NCBI GenBank assembly: GCA_030141605.1
Contig: JAQGDQ010000216.1
Coordinates: forward strand, 290,259 to 354,258
DNA from: Tubiluchus corallicola
Taxonomy: Eukaryota; Animalia; Priapulida
DNA length: 64,000 bases
Direction: 5' to 3'
Part shown: in pieces, positions 1 through 11,207 of the stretch
How positions within the stretch are numbered: position 1 is the stretch's first letter
Layout: the number at the start of each line of letters is the position of its first letter
The notes under the pieces: model-generated
Database searches by the model: none
Seen by the model: the letters and a program-made list of their open reading frames with translations, nothing else
Told to the model about the DNA's origin: nothing
Position numbers and translations under genes: made by a program

Positions 1-2
1 TT

Positions 3-1067
3 ACCAGAAGTAGTGACTACTCTTTTAGTTTAGGAGCATCGACAAAGCTGTATGGGTTTTATGCTCCATTAAAGGAAAACTCCAAGTTGGTGGCAGTGCG
101 TCATATGATGACCCCCAGAGTGAGTTTTAGTATTAGGCCTGATTTTAGCGATCCGCGTTTTGGCCTGTATGAGACTGTTGAAGTGTATGATGATTCAGGT
201 ACGCCTAAGTATTATACTTATCCATATCATGAAGGTGCAGTTTACGGCACTGCTAGTCCTGGGAGGTCAGGTTCAATTGGTTTTGGTTTGGATAACGTGT
301 TGGAGATGAAAACTCTTAATACCAGGGATACTACCTCAAATGATAAGCATAAAAAGATAAGCCTGTTAGACCAACTTTCATTTAGCGGGTCATATAATCT
401 TTTTGCAGATTCGCTGAACCTGTCTGTTATTAACATGAAAGGCAGAACGAAGGTGTCAAATGTAAATGTAAATTTTGGAGCGGTATTTGACCCGTATGCA
501 TATTTAGATGGTCGTAAAGTTAATGTTTTTGAGTATTCCAATTCGGGAAAATTGGCCAGAATGACAAGTGCTGATCTCTCTTTTGGAATGTCTTTTAATT
601 CCAAGCAGGGTGGGGGGAAAAAAAAGGAGAGCAGCTTTGGTGAATCCGAGGATAAAACTGAAGGAGAGGAGGCCTTTGAAGAGAGCTCAAGGAGTGTGTT
701 ACCTGGAAAGTATTCTGATTATGCTGATTTTAATGTTAACTGGGATTTTCGTTTTGATTGCAGTTTTAGATATAGCAGAACTAATCCCGATGAGGCGGCT
801 ACTATTACGCAGACAATTGATTTTGGAGGTAATCTAAATGTCACGAAAAAGTGGAAGTTTGGGTTTTCTTCAGGATATGATATTCAGAACAAGCAGATAA
901 CATTTACACAGATGAATTTGTTTAGGGATATGCATTGCTGGCAGATGTCTCTTAGCTTGGTGCCGTTTGGTTATCGCCAAAGTTACAGTTTCACAATAAG
1001 GGCCAGTTCTTCTATGCTGAAAGATCTGAAACTTTCTAAGAGACAGAGCTTTTATGATAATAATTAA
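3..1067 (+). CDS. lptD: Putative LPS-assembly protein LptD (Bacteroidota type), C-terminal part; 5' end lies outside the window
   Basis: Frame is open from position 3. C-terminal barrel motifs typical of Bacteroidota LptD-like proteins (GFGLDNVLEMK, SGYD, RDMHCWQM, SYSFTI..SSMLKDLK). Confidence 0.75.
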   Translation, partial: TRSSDYSFSLGASTKLYGFYAPLKENSKLVAVRHMMTPRVSFSIRPDFSDPRFGLYETVEVYDDSGTPKYYTYPYHEGAVYGTASPGRSGSIGFGLDNVLEMKTLNTRDTTSNDKHKKISLLDQLSFSGSYNLFADSLNLSVINMKGRTKVSNVNVNFGAVFDPYAYLDGRKVNVFEYSNSGKLARMTSADLSFGMSFNSKQGGGKKKESSFGESEDKTEGEEAFEESSRSVLPGKYSDYADFNVNWDFRFDCSFRYSRTNPDEAATITQTIDFGGNLNVTKKWKFGFSSGYDIQNKQITFTQMNLFRDMHCWQMSLSLVPFGYRQSYSFTIRASSSMLKDLKLSKRQSFYDNN

Positions 1068-1203
1068 AAAGTTGAATGCCATATTGGTCTTTGTCAGAGT
1101 TACTTATGCTAATAGAGTGTGATTTGTTTTTGAATTTTTTAGCATGAGATCTTTTCGGAGGTTTTATGTTTTATGATTTGTTATTGCAAGGGGTCTACTG
1201 CTT

Positions 1204-2082
1204 TTAGTAAGGAAATATTTTGTTTGTGGCCTTTTTGTGCTTAAAAATGGGGTGTCCAAAGATAGCCAGTAGTATGATTGATGTGCCTAAATAAAAGCCT
1301 GGTGTCATCTGCTCTGATTCACGAAATAGTAGCCAGGCTAAAGTTATACCGTACACTGGTTCTAGGTTTATAGTTAATGATACTATATATGCAGATAGTT
1401 TCTGCATTACTTTAACCTGTACAGCAAAAGCGTATGCAGTACATATAACGCCAAGTATAAGGAGGTATGCCAGGTCATTTGTGGGGGGCAACTGCAGGGG
1501 AAAGTCACCGGACAAGAGGAGGAATATTGTTATTCCTAGCAGGCCGCCTAACATTTCATAGAAGCTGATAATGGATGGCTGGTGCGTTTTTACAAGTTTT
1601 TTGTTTAGTACATTAAATATCACTGCTAGGAGAGAGGAGGTTAGCGCTGTGATAATGCCCGCTGTGTGGTTTGTTTCGAAGCGGAATATTATGTATAGCC
1701 CAATGATAATTACTATTCCAATTATAATTTCTAGTGCATCTACTTTTCGTTTGAAGACAATAGGTTCAATTATACTTGTAAAGAGTGCCATTGATGATAT
1801 ACAGCCTAATGTAACTGATATATTGGATATTTTGATTGCACCAAAAAAGGTTATCCAGTGAGCGCCTACAATCAAGCCTATCCCCAATACTTTATATGTT
1901 TCCTTTTTTGTGAGTGAAAAGTTTATTTTACTGATTTTAAAGAAGAGCAAAAATGCTATTGCTGAAATCAACATCCTGTACCATACCAGGTGAGTTGCAG
2001 GCAGGTTGATTACCTTTCCCAAAATGGCTGTAAATCCATATATGAGAACTATGAAGTGTAGTTTTATGTAGCTGTTTATCAA
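1204..2082 (-). CDS. DMT/EamA family transporter
   Basis: About 10 hydrophobic segments in a duplicated EamA pattern (LVWYRM, HWITFF, LEPVYGI). Confidence 0.85.
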   Translation of the reverse strand: MINSYIKLHFIVLIYGFTAILGKVINLPATHLVWYRMLISAIAFLLFFKISKINFSLTKKETYKVLGIGLIVGAHWITFFGAIKISNISVTLGCISSMALFTSIIEPIVFKRKVDALEIIIGIVIIIGLYIIFRFETNHTAGIITALTSSLLAVIFNVLNKKLVKTHQPSIISFYEMLGGLLGITIFLLLSGDFPLQLPPTNDLAYLLILGVICTAYAFAVQVKVMQKLSAYIVSLTINLEPVYGITLAWLLFRESEQMTPGFYLGTSIILLAIFGHPIFKHKKATNKIFPY

Positions 2083-2401
2083 ATTTATTATTTGTTAGGA
2101 TTTAATTTGTGATTACCACTTATAGGATGTGAAACTATAACCATAGTACCATAGGTTTGTGGTTGCTTTGTTGTAAAGCAATATCTGTAAAGTTACTCAA
2201 AATATACACTTTGAAGTGTATTATTATAAATAATATTGACAGAGGTAATTTCTCATGTTTACCGGTTTATATATGGTATAGGTATTGTTTGGAAGAGGGG
2301 GGAGTAAATGCAAAGAGAGCGTGAGGTAAAGCGGCTTTCGTCTTTTATTAAATAGATAAGATTGGGATATTTTGTTTCGTTGTATGGTCGGCTAAAAGTT
2401 T

Positions 2402-2409
2402 TAAATTTG
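2402..2409 (+). promoter_or_regulatory. Bacteroidota primary-sigma -7 box (TAAATTTG) upstream of cysteate synthase
   Basis: Matches TAnnTTTG, 36 bp before the ATG at 2446. Confidence 0.55.
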
Positions 2410-2445
2410 CAGGCAAGCTGATTGTAAGAGGAAAATGTTGAACTA

Positions 2446-3738
2446 ATGAGCAAATTTCGAAAGACAAAGTATAGATTGAAGTCACTATGTTGTGGTAAGG
2501 TATTTGAGGATGAGAATTGGGAGCTGGACTGCCCTGATTGTGATAAGCCTTCATTGGTAAGGGCTATTTATGATGAGAAGCAACTGGAAGTGAAGAGTCA
2601 ATATCCCGGCATATACAGGTATTCGGACTGGTTGCCTATTTGCGGGGTTTTAGAGGGTTCTGGTTCGCCTATTACGTATAAAAGCTCCGCACTTGCCTCT
2701 GAGCTGGGGCTTGAGAATTTATATATTACTTTTAGTGGTTACTGGCCTGAAAGAGGGGCAAACATGTTGACAGGTTCCTTTAAGGAGTGTGAGGCTTTTT
2801 CTGTATGTGCGCGCACAAATAGGTTTGATGGAGAGGTCATGGTTGTTGCATCGGCCGGCAATACTGCTAGGGCTTTTGCAAAGGTTTGTTCTGAAAATAA
2901 GATTCCACTTCTGCTATGTGTTCCTGAGGATAATCTGGGTGCTTTGTGGTTTAATAAGCCAATAGATTCGTGCGTTAAGCTTATAGCTGCTGAATCGGGA
3001 GGGGATTATTTTGATGCAATTCATCTTTCTAATATTGCTGTTGAAATGGATAGGTTTTATCCTGAGGGCGGAGCAAAAAATGTAGCTCGTCGTGATGGTA
3101 TGGGCACCACTGTTCTGTCTGCTGTTACTACTATTGGTGCCATTCCTGATTATTATTTTCAGGCTATTGGCAGTGGGACAGGGGCAATAGCAGCGTGGGA
3201 AGCAAATATGCGCTTTATAAATGATGGGCGGTTTGGGTCTAATAAGATGAAGCTGATGGTTTCTCAAAATATTCCGTTTGTTCCTATAAAGGAGGCCTGG
3301 GACTTGGGTTTGCGTAATATATTGCCTATTGATGAAGACCTTGCGCGTGGGCAGATTGAGAAAATAGGAGCAAAGGTGTTGTCAAATCGTAAGCCTCCCT
3401 ACGGGATAAATGGTGGGCTATATGATGCTATGAACGATTCGGGAGGGGAGGTGTTGGTTGCTACAAATGAGGAAGCTAAAGTTGCTGGGGAGCTGTTTAA
3501 GCGTGTTGAGGGTAACGATCTGGATCCTGCTGCAGCTGTTGCAACAGCTACGTTAATCCAATCTGTTGAGGATGGCAGGGTAGAGAAAGATTCTGTGGTA
3601 ATGCTCAATGTTACAGGCGGTGGTGAAGGAAAGTTTAAGAAGGAGAATGAGATATGCTATTTACGTCCTCAGAAGGTATTTCCGTTAAACCCTAATCCCA
3701 AAATGGTTAGAGAAGGTGTATCGGAGCTATTTAGGTAG
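2446..3738 (+). CDS. Cysteate synthase (threonine-synthase-like PLP enzyme, Methanosarcina MA3297-type family)
   Basis: N-terminal CC..C-x2-C segment, FSGYWPERGA, GSFKECEA (PLP Lys), SAGNTARAF, EGGAKNVARRDGMGT, YFQAIGSGTGAIAAWEA, VLSNRKPPY, LNVTGGG. Confidence 0.85.
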   Translation: MSKFRKTKYRLKSLCCGKVFEDENWELDCPDCDKPSLVRAIYDEKQLEVKSQYPGIYRYSDWLPICGVLEGSGSPITYKSSALASELGLENLYITFSGYWPERGANMLTGSFKECEAFSVCARTNRFDGEVMVVASAGNTARAFAKVCSENKIPLLLCVPEDNLGALWFNKPIDSCVKLIAAESGGDYFDAIHLSNIAVEMDRFYPEGGAKNVARRDGMGTTVLSAVTTIGAIPDYYFQAIGSGTGAIAAWEANMRFINDGRFGSNKMKLMVSQNIPFVPIKEAWDLGLRNILPIDEDLARGQIEKIGAKVLSNRKPPYGINGGLYDAMNDSGGEVLVATNEEAKVAGELFKRVEGNDLDPAAAVATATLIQSVEDGRVEKDSVVMLNVTGGGEGKFKKENEICYLRPQKVFPLNPNPKMVREGVSELFR

Positions 3739-3803
3739 GCCAGAGCCGGCTGAGTGAGAGGCCTGGTTATATCTGCCAGTGCCGAAATACAATTTTTAAA
3801 TAT

Positions 3804-4988
3804 ATGAGCGGGGCTTTAGATATATATTATAAAACGGTAGAGACAGGTGAGAGAGGTAGTCTTTTGACTGCCATGAGGCATGCAGCAAGTGAGTTGAAGG
3901 GGCACCTGGCTTCACAGAGGAGCTCCACTATTATAATGCGTATTACGCTTTTTGTAAGAGTTGAAGATACAGAAGAGCTTGAGCGCAGCTATGGTGAGTG
4001 GGAGGCGATTGCAGGGGCTGTGCTTGGAGGTGAAATACCTCCATATTCAATAGTTTCTCAGTTCCCAAGGGGAGGTGGTTCTTTAGCGTGCGAAGCGGTT
4101 TTTTTATCAAATTTTGATGGGGAGTACTCTTGCACATATAAGAAGATAGGAGGAGTTTACTGCCTGGTGTTGTCATCTTCGACAAGAGATGAGATAGTAG
4201 CTTCCGGCATTAAAGCTTGTTCTCGCAAAAGTTTTGCTGGACAGGTGGAGGAGGTGTTTGCTAAAGTGAGAGAGGTATTATATGCTAATAGGATGGAGTT
4301 TTCCAATATTATCAGGCAGTGGTCTTATATTGGAAATATTACAGGGCAGAGCGAGAGTCTGCAAAATTACCAAGTTTTTAATAATATCAGGGCAAAGCAC
4401 TATGACAGCAGCGTGGGATGGCGGGGATTCCCCGCTGCTACCGGAATAGGAATGCAAACTGGCGGAATAGTAATTGATTTTATTGCTGCCAGGTTTTTTG
4501 GAGAGAGTGCTCGAAGATATCCGTTGCGTAATCCTCTTCAGATTGATGCGTATAAGTATTCTGAGGGGGTACTTGTTGGAGCAGATAGCGTTCTTGTTGA
4601 GGGAGAAGCTCAAACTCCAAGATTTGAAAGAGCTGTGGTTGTGTGTAATGATAAGCAGAGCAGGGTTATTATTTCAGGTACGGCTGCTATTGCTGGAGAG
4701 AAGACAATACTGTCGGGTAACATAAGTGGCCAGACTTATGCGGCACTTAATAATATTGATGAGTTGGTTACCAGGGCTAGTTTAGATGGTTGTGCGACTG
4801 CTTATCCAGGTTGTTACAATATTGTAGGGCTGCGAGTGTACGTAAAGTATGAGAGGGATGTTGAGCAGGTAACAGATATTATTGAAGACAAGTATTCCGG
4901 TGTCCCATTTTTGGTGGTAGTGGCAGATGTTTGCCGCGACGACTTGCTTGTAGAGATAGAGGGAGAGTATATTTGTAATAGTTGTTGA
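3804..4988 (+). CDS. FkbO/Hyg5 (chorismatase-like) YjgF/Rid-fold protein
   Basis: Motifs RQWSYIGNI, YQVFNNIR, FPAATGIG, NPLQIDAYKY, FERA, ISGTAAIAGE, ADVCRDDLLVEIEG. Confidence 0.7.
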   Translation: MSGALDIYYKTVETGERGSLLTAMRHAASELKGHLASQRSSTIIMRITLFVRVEDTEELERSYGEWEAIAGAVLGGEIPPYSIVSQFPRGGGSLACEAVFLSNFDGEYSCTYKKIGGVYCLVLSSSTRDEIVASGIKACSRKSFAGQVEEVFAKVREVLYANRMEFSNIIRQWSYIGNITGQSESLQNYQVFNNIRAKHYDSSVGWRGFPAATGIGMQTGGIVIDFIAARFFGESARRYPLRNPLQIDAYKYSEGVLVGADSVLVEGEAQTPRFERAVVVCNDKQSRVIISGTAAIAGEKTILSGNISGQTYAALNNIDELVTRASLDGCATAYPGCYNIVGLRVYVKYERDVEQVTDIIEDKYSGVPFLVVVADVCRDDLLVEIEGEYICNSC

Positions 4989-5133
4989 TAATAATTTAAA
5001 ATTTCAAGCATACCTTTTATGTTTGAAGAGGCAAAGAGGTATATTTACAAAAGTTTAGGTGCAGTTTTAGGTTATTTTGGGGTTGATGTGTGGTATGTGA
5101 ACCCTGATTGTTTGTTTTATAAATGGTAAAAAG

Positions 5134-5607
5134 GTGAAAAAGTTTATAGGTTTGACTATTGTTGCAGTGGCTTTGCTGGTAGCGGGCTACTCCTGTTGCA
5201 GCTCAAAGTGTGGATCACGACGTGGTAAAGGAGAGGCTGAAGAGGTTGAGGAGAAAAAGGTTGAGAGTGTTGTGAGGCTTAATGATATATGGGTACTTCT
5301 TAAGCTGGAGGGGGAGGATGCAGGAGAGCATTTTTCGGGGGAGCTACCACGGCTTGAGTTTAGTATTGCAGATAAACGGATTATGGGTTTTGGAGGGTGC
5401 AATAATTATTTTGGGAGTTTTGAAGTAAGCGGCGATTCTTTAAAAATTGGGCCGATTGGTTCTACGCGGATGGCTTGCGATAAGATGAATAGTGAGCGTA
5501 AGTATTTTCAACTTCTTGAAAAGTCAGATAGGTATGAGTTTGAAGAGTTGAGGCTTACTTTATTGTCGGAAAGCAGGCCTGTATTGCTTTTTAGGAAGGT
5601 AGATTAA
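5134..5607 (+). CDS. META-domain (HslJ-like) lipoprotein
   Basis: Signal peptide with Cys; GFGGCNNYFG and GSTRMAC motifs. Confidence 0.85.
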   Translation: MKKFIGLTIVAVALLVAGYSCCSSKCGSRRGKGEAEEVEEKKVESVVRLNDIWVLLKLEGEDAGEHFSGELPRLEFSIADKRIMGFGGCNNYFGSFEVSGDSLKIGPIGSTRMACDKMNSERKYFQLLEKSDRYEFEELRLTLLSESRPVLLFRKVD

Positions 5608-5728
5608 GTCTGCTCCGGGGATATAGCATTTTAGTTTGTATGCCTGCTTACTTCCTTCTTTCCTCTACGATAAGTGGGGAGGTGGTGTGAGACGCAGCAG
5701 ACTACTAATTTTTAATGATATCCTTTAT

Positions 5729-5736
5729 TACATTTG
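5729..5736 (+). promoter_or_regulatory. -7 box (TACATTTG) for aspS
   Basis: TAnnTTTG match 35 bp upstream of the aspS ATG. Confidence 0.6.
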
Positions 5737-5771
5737 TGCTAATTTAATTAATATAAGAAAACAGGACAGAG

Positions 5772-7529
5772 ATGTACAGAAGTCATAATTGTGGTGAGTT
5801 AAGAGTTGATAGTTGTGGGAAAAGTGTAGTTCTTTCCGGATGGATACAAATGGTTCGTAATCTGGGGGCTATGACTTTTATAGATATTCGCGATCGCTAT
5901 GGGATAACTCAATTAGTTGTGGAGGACTGCACTGATGCTGAGCTTAAGAGTGAGGTTGAGCAACTTGGGCGCGAATTTGTTATCAGAGTTGAGGGAAGTG
6001 TGAGGGAGAGAGATAACAAAAACAGCAAAATGCCAACGGGGGATATTGAGGTGTGTGTGAGTGCTCTTAAGGTATTAAATGAATCTGTACACCCTCCATT
6101 TACGATTAGGGAAGATACTGACGGAGGAGATGAGATCAGGATGAGATATCGCTATCTTGATCTTCGTAGAGATGTTGTTCGTAAAAATATTGAGTTGCGT
6201 GCGAGCATGGCACATGAGATACGCAGTTATTTGAACAGTAATAATTTTATTGAGACGGAAACCCCTGCGCTAATAAAGTCTACTCCAGAAGGAGCCCGTG
6301 ATTTTATTGTGCCATCACGCATGAACGAAGGGGAGTTTTACGCTTTACCGCAATCGCCACAGGTGTTTAAGCAACTATTAATGATTGCCGGATTTGACAG
6401 GTATTATCAGATAGTGAAGTGCTTTCGTGATGAAGATTTGCGTGCAGACAGGCAGCCCGAGTTTACACAGATCGACTGCGAGATGTCGTTTGTTGAGCAG
6501 GCCGATGTTTTAAATATGTTTGAAGGTCTTGTTCGTCACCTATTTTGTAAGTTGAAAAATATTGATCCGGGAAAGTTTCCAAGAATTTCTTTTAGAGAGG
6601 CTATGGAAAGGTATGGTTCGGATAAGCCTGACACCAGGTTTGAGATGTTGATTTCCGAGATATCGAAATTTGCAAAAGGAGAAGGGTTTACAGTTTTCGA
6701 TAATGCTGAATATATTGGAGCTATTTGTGTTAAGGGGTGTGGAGGATATAGCAGGAAGCAGTTGGATAAGCTAACAGATTATGTTAAGCGTCCACAGATA
6801 GGAGCGCAGGGGTTAGTGTATGTAAAATATAATGGTGACGGTACTTTTAAGTCGTCCGTTGATAAGTTCTATAGTTTTGAGAAGTTGAAGGGCTGGTCTG
6901 AGGTGCTGAAAGCGGAGCCTGGTGATCTTCTGCTTGTTTTATCAGGTAAAAGAGATCATACTCTGAATGCACTGTCTGAGTTGCGATTAGAGTTAGGGCG
7001 GCAACTCGGGCTCATGGATAAAGATGTATTTAAGCCACTGTGGGTAACAGATTTTCCATTGCTTGAGTGGGATGAAAAGCTTGAGCGGTTTCATGCAAAG
7101 CACCACCCGTTTACATCTCCCAAGGAGGAGGATATTCAGTTGCTGGAAGAGTCTCCCGCAGAGGTGTGTGCAAATGCTTATGATCTTGTTATTAATGGGG
7201 TTGAGATAGGCGGTGGCTCTGTGCGCATATTTAATAGCGAGCTACAACATAAGATGTTTAAAATATTAGGGTTTACACCTGAAGAGGCGGAAGGTCAGTT
7301 CGGCTTTCTGATGAATGCTTTTAAGTATGGAGCACCTCCACATGCGGGCATCGCTTTCGGGTTTGACCGACTGGTTTCTTTATTTGCGGGGCTTGACTCG
7401 ATACGGGATGTAATAGCATTCCCCAAGAATAATTCAGGCAGAGATGTTATGATTGATTCGCCATCACCGGTTTCTAAAGATCAGCTTGAAGAGTTGAGCC
7501 TTAAGCTCAAGGCAGAGAAGAAGAGTTGA
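5772..7529 (+). CDS. aspS: Aspartate--tRNA ligase
   Basis: [60 protein letters not shown]. Confidence 0.98.
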   Translation: MYRSHNCGELRVDSCGKSVVLSGWIQMVRNLGAMTFIDIRDRYGITQLVVEDCTDAELKSEVEQLGREFVIRVEGSVRERDNKNSKMPTGDIEVCVSALKVLNESVHPPFTIREDTDGGDEIRMRYRYLDLRRDVVRKNIELRASMAHEIRSYLNSNNFIETETPALIKSTPEGARDFIVPSRMNEGEFYALPQSPQVFKQLLMIAGFDRYYQIVKCFRDEDLRADRQPEFTQIDCEMSFVEQADVLNMFEGLVRHLFCKLKNIDPGKFPRISFREAMERYGSDKPDTRFEMLISEISKFAKGEGFTVFDNAEYIGAICVKGCGGYSRKQLDKLTDYVKRPQIGAQGLVYVKYNGDGTFKSSVDKFYSFEKLKGWSEVLKAEPGDLLLVLSGKRDHTLNALSELRLELGRQLGLMDKDVFKPLWVTDFPLLEWDEKLERFHAKHHPFTSPKEEDIQLLEESPAEVCANAYDLVINGVEIGGGSVRIFNSELQHKMFKILGFTPEEAEGQFGFLMNAFKYGAPPHAGIAFGFDRLVSLFAGLDSIRDVIAFPKNNSGRDVMIDSPSPVSKDQLEELSLKLKAEKKS

Positions 7530-7535
7530 TACGGG

Positions 7536-9094
7536 GGTAAAGCTTCAGCTTAATTCGGACAAATTGGTTTAAAAATTAAGAGAGACATTTCTTAAATTAT
7601 AACCAATAAAAACGAGTAAGATGAAGGCAAAAAAACAGACTACCGAACAAAAGGTAAAAGAGATTAAGAGACACACGAGGAAGAAGTAATCAGCTGAAGA
7701 AAAAATCAGGATTTTACTAGAGGGCATGCGTGGCGAATATAGCATTGCCGAGTTATGCCGAAAAGAAGGCATCAACGCGAACCTTTATTACAAGTGGAGT
7801 AAAGATTTTATGGAAGCTGGCAAAAAACGCCTTGCAGGTGACATTAAACGGGAAGCTACATCGGGCGAAGTAAACGGTTTAAAGAACGAGAACCACGACC
7901 TAAAGCAGTTTGTAGCAGAGCTGAGTTTGGAAGTACGCATGCTTAAAAAAAGCTTAACTGGAACCGAGTAACTTATAAATATATGAGACGAAGCGCCAGT
8001 GAAAAGATGGAAATTATCCGTATTGTTCAAGATTCGGTATTCGGAGTTAAGCGCACACTTGAAGAGCTTGACATCAGCCGAAGTACCTTTTACGAGTGGT
8101 ACAAACGCTTCCTTGAGGGAGGATATGATGCACTCAAGCCCAAGCCGGTAAAACGCAAAAAGTTTTGGAACAAGATATCCAACAAAGAACGAGAACTGGT
8201 TTTAGACACCGCTTTGTAACGTACAGATTTATCGCCTAGGGAACTAGCCCACCACATCACCGACCATCAAAAGTGGTTTATCAGCGAAACCAGCGTATAT
8301 CGGATTCTCAAAGAGCAAGTGCTAATCACATCTCCTGCGTGGCTTTTAATGGCTGCATCCGATGATTTTAAAGATAAGACCACGCGTGTGCACCAGCAAT
8401 GGCAAACCGATTTTACCTACTTTAAAATCATTGGATGGGGCTGGTATTATTTGGCTACCGTAATGGAGATTATTCAAGGTATATCGTCACCTGGGAGCTT
8501 TGCCAAAGCATTGAGTCGGCCGATGCCAAGCATGTTATTCAAAAGGCTTTACATACGGCCAAAATACCTGCAGGCGATTGTCCCAGGTTACTCTCCGATA
8601 ATGGAGCGTGCTACATATCAAACGAGTTTCAAAGCTTTTTAAAAGACACCAAAATGGGACATTTACGTGTAGCCCCATACCACCCTCAAACACAAGGGAA
8701 AATTGAGCGTTACCACCGCACCATGAAAAATCAGGTAAAGTTGGATAACTACTACTTTCCTGATGAACTAATGACGGTTCTACAGGAGTTTGTATATAAT
8801 TACAACAACCACCGGTATCATGAATCACTCAAGAATGTTACACCTGCCGACGTGTATTTTGGAAGGCAAAAACAGTTACTGGGCAATCGTGAAAACATTA
8901 AAATAAAAACGCTAAATGAAAGAAGAAAAAGGAATCAGAAAATCGCAGTGTATCACTTTTGATTTATTGAAAACTCTGCGAGTTTCGAACAAGTCAACAG
9001 TGAATTATCATCACCATAAAAAAGAGAATTTGAATTATAAAACTATCTCTTAACTTTAAGCATCAATTTGTCCAATAAGTTTTGAAGTTAAACA
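7536..9094 (+). mobile_element. IS3-family insertion sequence, full length (~1559 bp) but inactivated
   Basis: Imperfect terminal IRs (left GGTAAAGCTTCAGCTTAATTCGGACAAATTG, whose terminal TG is GG here; right ...CAATTTGTCCAATAAGTTTTGAAGTTAAACA). orfA/orfB layout with an A7 slippery site (CTTAAAAAAAGC). No matching target duplication. Confidence 0.9.
7621..8962 (+). pseudogene. IS3 transposase orfA/orfB pseudogene
   Basis: In-frame TAA at 7687 in orfA, TAA at 8217 in orfB, and a 1-bp deletion near 8468 relative to the second copy. Integrase core motifs WQTDFTY, SDNG, PYHPQTQGKIER. Confidence 0.9.
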
Positions 9095-9203
9095 GTACTC
9101 TCTTTAAACCGTATTTTTGATTGTGTTGTCATTTAGACTCTTAAGAGACAAATTTTTTTAGGATGACATAGGTTGCAGGTATTTTATTTGTAATCTTTTT
9201 TAC

Positions 9204-9245
9204 AAAAAAGGCTACCCAATACTTTTTGGATAGCCTCTCTTTTTG
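9204..9245 (-). terminator. Intrinsic terminator downstream of tRNA-Asn
   Basis: Stem AGGCTACCCAA / TTGGATAGCCT flanked by A and T tracts. Confidence 0.65.
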
Positions 9246-9274
9246 TTGCCTGATAATAAGTTTATCTTTTTTAT

Positions 9275-9351
9275 TGGCTCCCCAGGTAGGACTTGAACCT
9301 ACGGCCTGCGGATTAACAGTCCGACGCTCTAACCAACTGAGCTACTGGGGA
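9275..9351 (-). tRNA. tRNA-Asn (GTT), CCA encoded
   Basis: Minus strand TCCCCAGTAGCTCAGTTGGTTAGAGCGTCGGACTGTTAATCCGCAGGCCGTAGGTTCAAGTCCTACCTGGGGAGCCA folds as a cloverleaf with a GTT anticodon. Confidence 0.97.
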
Positions 9352-9389
9352 GTGTTTTTGCGCTTTCGCATATATTCGCGAAAGCGATG

Positions 9390-9397
9390 CAAATATA
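9390..9397 (-). promoter_or_regulatory. -7 box (TATATTTG) for tRNA-Asn, followed by a leader hairpin CGCTTTCGC..GCGAAAGCG
   Basis: TAnnTTTG on the minus strand about 40 nt upstream of the tRNA. Confidence 0.65.
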
Positions 9398-9636
9398 ACA
9401 GCTTTTGATAAATTTTAAAACAGATTTGTAAAAAAATAGAGATAAAGTGGCTAGGGGAATAGTGTATATATTTTTTTGGACAGCATTTTGGTAAGAACCG
9501 AACGTGCTGTTTGTGTAGTGACTTTTCTTTTTCAATTTTTTCACACACTCTCTCTATTCATTGCAATTTCACTATTGTTTGCAAGGTGAGACCACACCTT
9601 TTGGGTACTTTAAATATATTGAAACAATAGCTATTT

Positions 9637-11172
9637 CTACTGTTTTTGGGGAATATTGTTTATTGCTTTTATGATACGTTCTATTGTTTCATCTTTACCT
9701 ATTAGCTTACAGATATCAAACAGGTCAGGCCCAAAGCTTCCCCCCACCAGGCATAGTCTGAGAGCGCTCATAACCAGTCCAAGTCTCCACTCATTTTTAC
9801 CTGCTTCCAACTGCAAAAGTTCTTTTATGGACGAAGCCTCCCACTGCTTAGTATTTTTTAACAGGGTTGCAATTTTTCCCATTATCTGTGGCACCTCTCC
9901 CTTCCAGCTTTTTTTCACCACTTTTTGGTTGTAGCTGTCTGGGCTTTTGAATAAGAAGTGGCTTTGTTCCCAAATGTCGGCCACAAAGGTGCAGCGATCC
10001 TTTACCATGCCACACACGGTTGTAGTAAAGTTCTGGGGTTTGTTTACTCCTTTCTCTTTTAACAGAGGCTGTATCATAGCTCCCAGTTCCTCATTGGTTT
10101 TGTTTACCAGGTATTGATGGTTGAACCACTTTGTTTTCTCGGGGTCAAATCTGGCGCCGGATTTGCCTACGCGCTCCATAGAGAAAGCTTCTGTAAGCTC
10201 ACCTAGTGAAAAGATCTCCTGTTCTGTTCCGGGATTCCAGCCCAGCAGAGCTATCATATTTACAAATGCTTCAGGAAAATAGCCTTCCTCCCTGTAGCCT
10301 GCCGAAGTGTCTCCTGATGCTGAGTCTCTCCACTTCAGAGGAAACAGGGGGAACCCCATTTTATCGCTATCACGCTTGGATAGCTTACCTTTCCCGACAG
10401 GTTTAAGTATAAGGGGGAGGTGTGCAAATTGGGGCATGGTGTTACTCCACCCCAATCTTTCGTATAGCAGTAAATGCAATGGCATTGAAGATAGCCACTC
10501 TTCTCCGCGAATAACATGGGATATATCCATCAGGTGATCATCTACAACATTGGCCAGGTGGTATGTTGGCATTTTATCTGCTTTAAGCAGCACTTTATCG
10601 TCCAGTGTGGAGGTGTTGAATACAACTTTTCCTCTTATCATATCTTTTGCCAGGATCTCCTCTTCATCCGGCATTTTAAAGCGAATCACGTACGGCTCCC
10701 CTTTATCTATTTTGGCTTTCCAGGTTTGCTCAGGCAGCGATAATGAGTTTTTCATTTGCTTGCGTGAAGCCGCGTTATATGTAAACACCTTCTTTTTAGT
10801 GCTTGCTTCTGCCCGCTTTGCTTCCAGCTCTTCAGGGGTGTCGAAAGCGTAATATGCGTTACCGGCAGAGGTGAGTTGTTCTGCATACTTGCTGTATATT
10901 TTTTTACGTTCACTTTGTCGGTATGGGGCATAGCTCCCACCCTTATGCGGGCCTTCATCGACTTTTATCCCGCACCACTTTAGTGACTCTTCTATGTATT
11001 TTTCAGCATTTTCATTGTATCTGGACTGGTCCGTATCTTCTATGCGCAAAATAAAGTCTCCTTTGTGTTTTTTTGCAAATAAGTAGTTAAACAGGGCTGT
11101 GCGCACCCCTCCCATATGCAAAGCTCCTGTAGGGCTGGGGGCAAAGCGGACTCTTATTTTTTTTTCACTCAT
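9637..11172 (-). CDS. gltX: Glutamate--tRNA ligase (likely start MSEKKIRVRF at 11172)
   Basis: RFAPSPTGALHMGG (HIGH-like), LRIEDTD, PTYHLANVVDD, HVIRGEEW, KLSKR. Confidence 0.97.
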   Translation of the reverse strand: MSEKKIRVRFAPSPTGALHMGGVRTALFNYLFAKKHKGDFILRIEDTDQSRYNENAEKYIEESLKWCGIKVDEGPHKGGSYAPYRQSERKKIYSKYAEQLTSAGNAYYAFDTPEELEAKRAEASTKKKVFTYNAASRKQMKNSLSLPEQTWKAKIDKGEPYVIRFKMPDEEEILAKDMIRGKVVFNTSTLDDKVLLKADKMPTYHLANVVDDHLMDISHVIRGEEWLSSMPLHLLLYERLGWSNTMPQFAHLPLILKPVGKGKLSKRDSDKMGFPLFPLKWRDSASGDTSAGYREEGYFPEAFVNMIALLGWNPGTEQEIFSLGELTEAFSMERVGKSGARFDPEKTKWFNHQYLVNKTNEELGAMIQPLLKEKGVNKPQNFTTTVCGMVKDRCTFVADIWEQSHFLFKSPDSYNQKVVKKSWKGEVPQIMGKIATLLKNTKQWEASSIKELLQLEAGKNEWRLGLVMSALRLCLVGGSFGPDLFDICKLIGKDETIERIIKAINNIPQKQ

Positions 11173-11207
11173 TGTTGGATGTATAATTTTTGTCAATATA
11201 GTGTAAG

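Noticed and set aside
7536-9351. tRNA-Asn as the integration site of a genomic island
   Set aside because: No duplicated tRNA 3' end and no integrase; only an IS3 about 180 bp away.
5772-11172. aspS + tRNA-Asn + gltX as an indirect (transamidation) aminoacylation cluster
   Set aside because: No gatCAB in the window, the genes are not co-oriented, and AspS has RNLG rather than the RDHG typical of non-discriminating enzymes.
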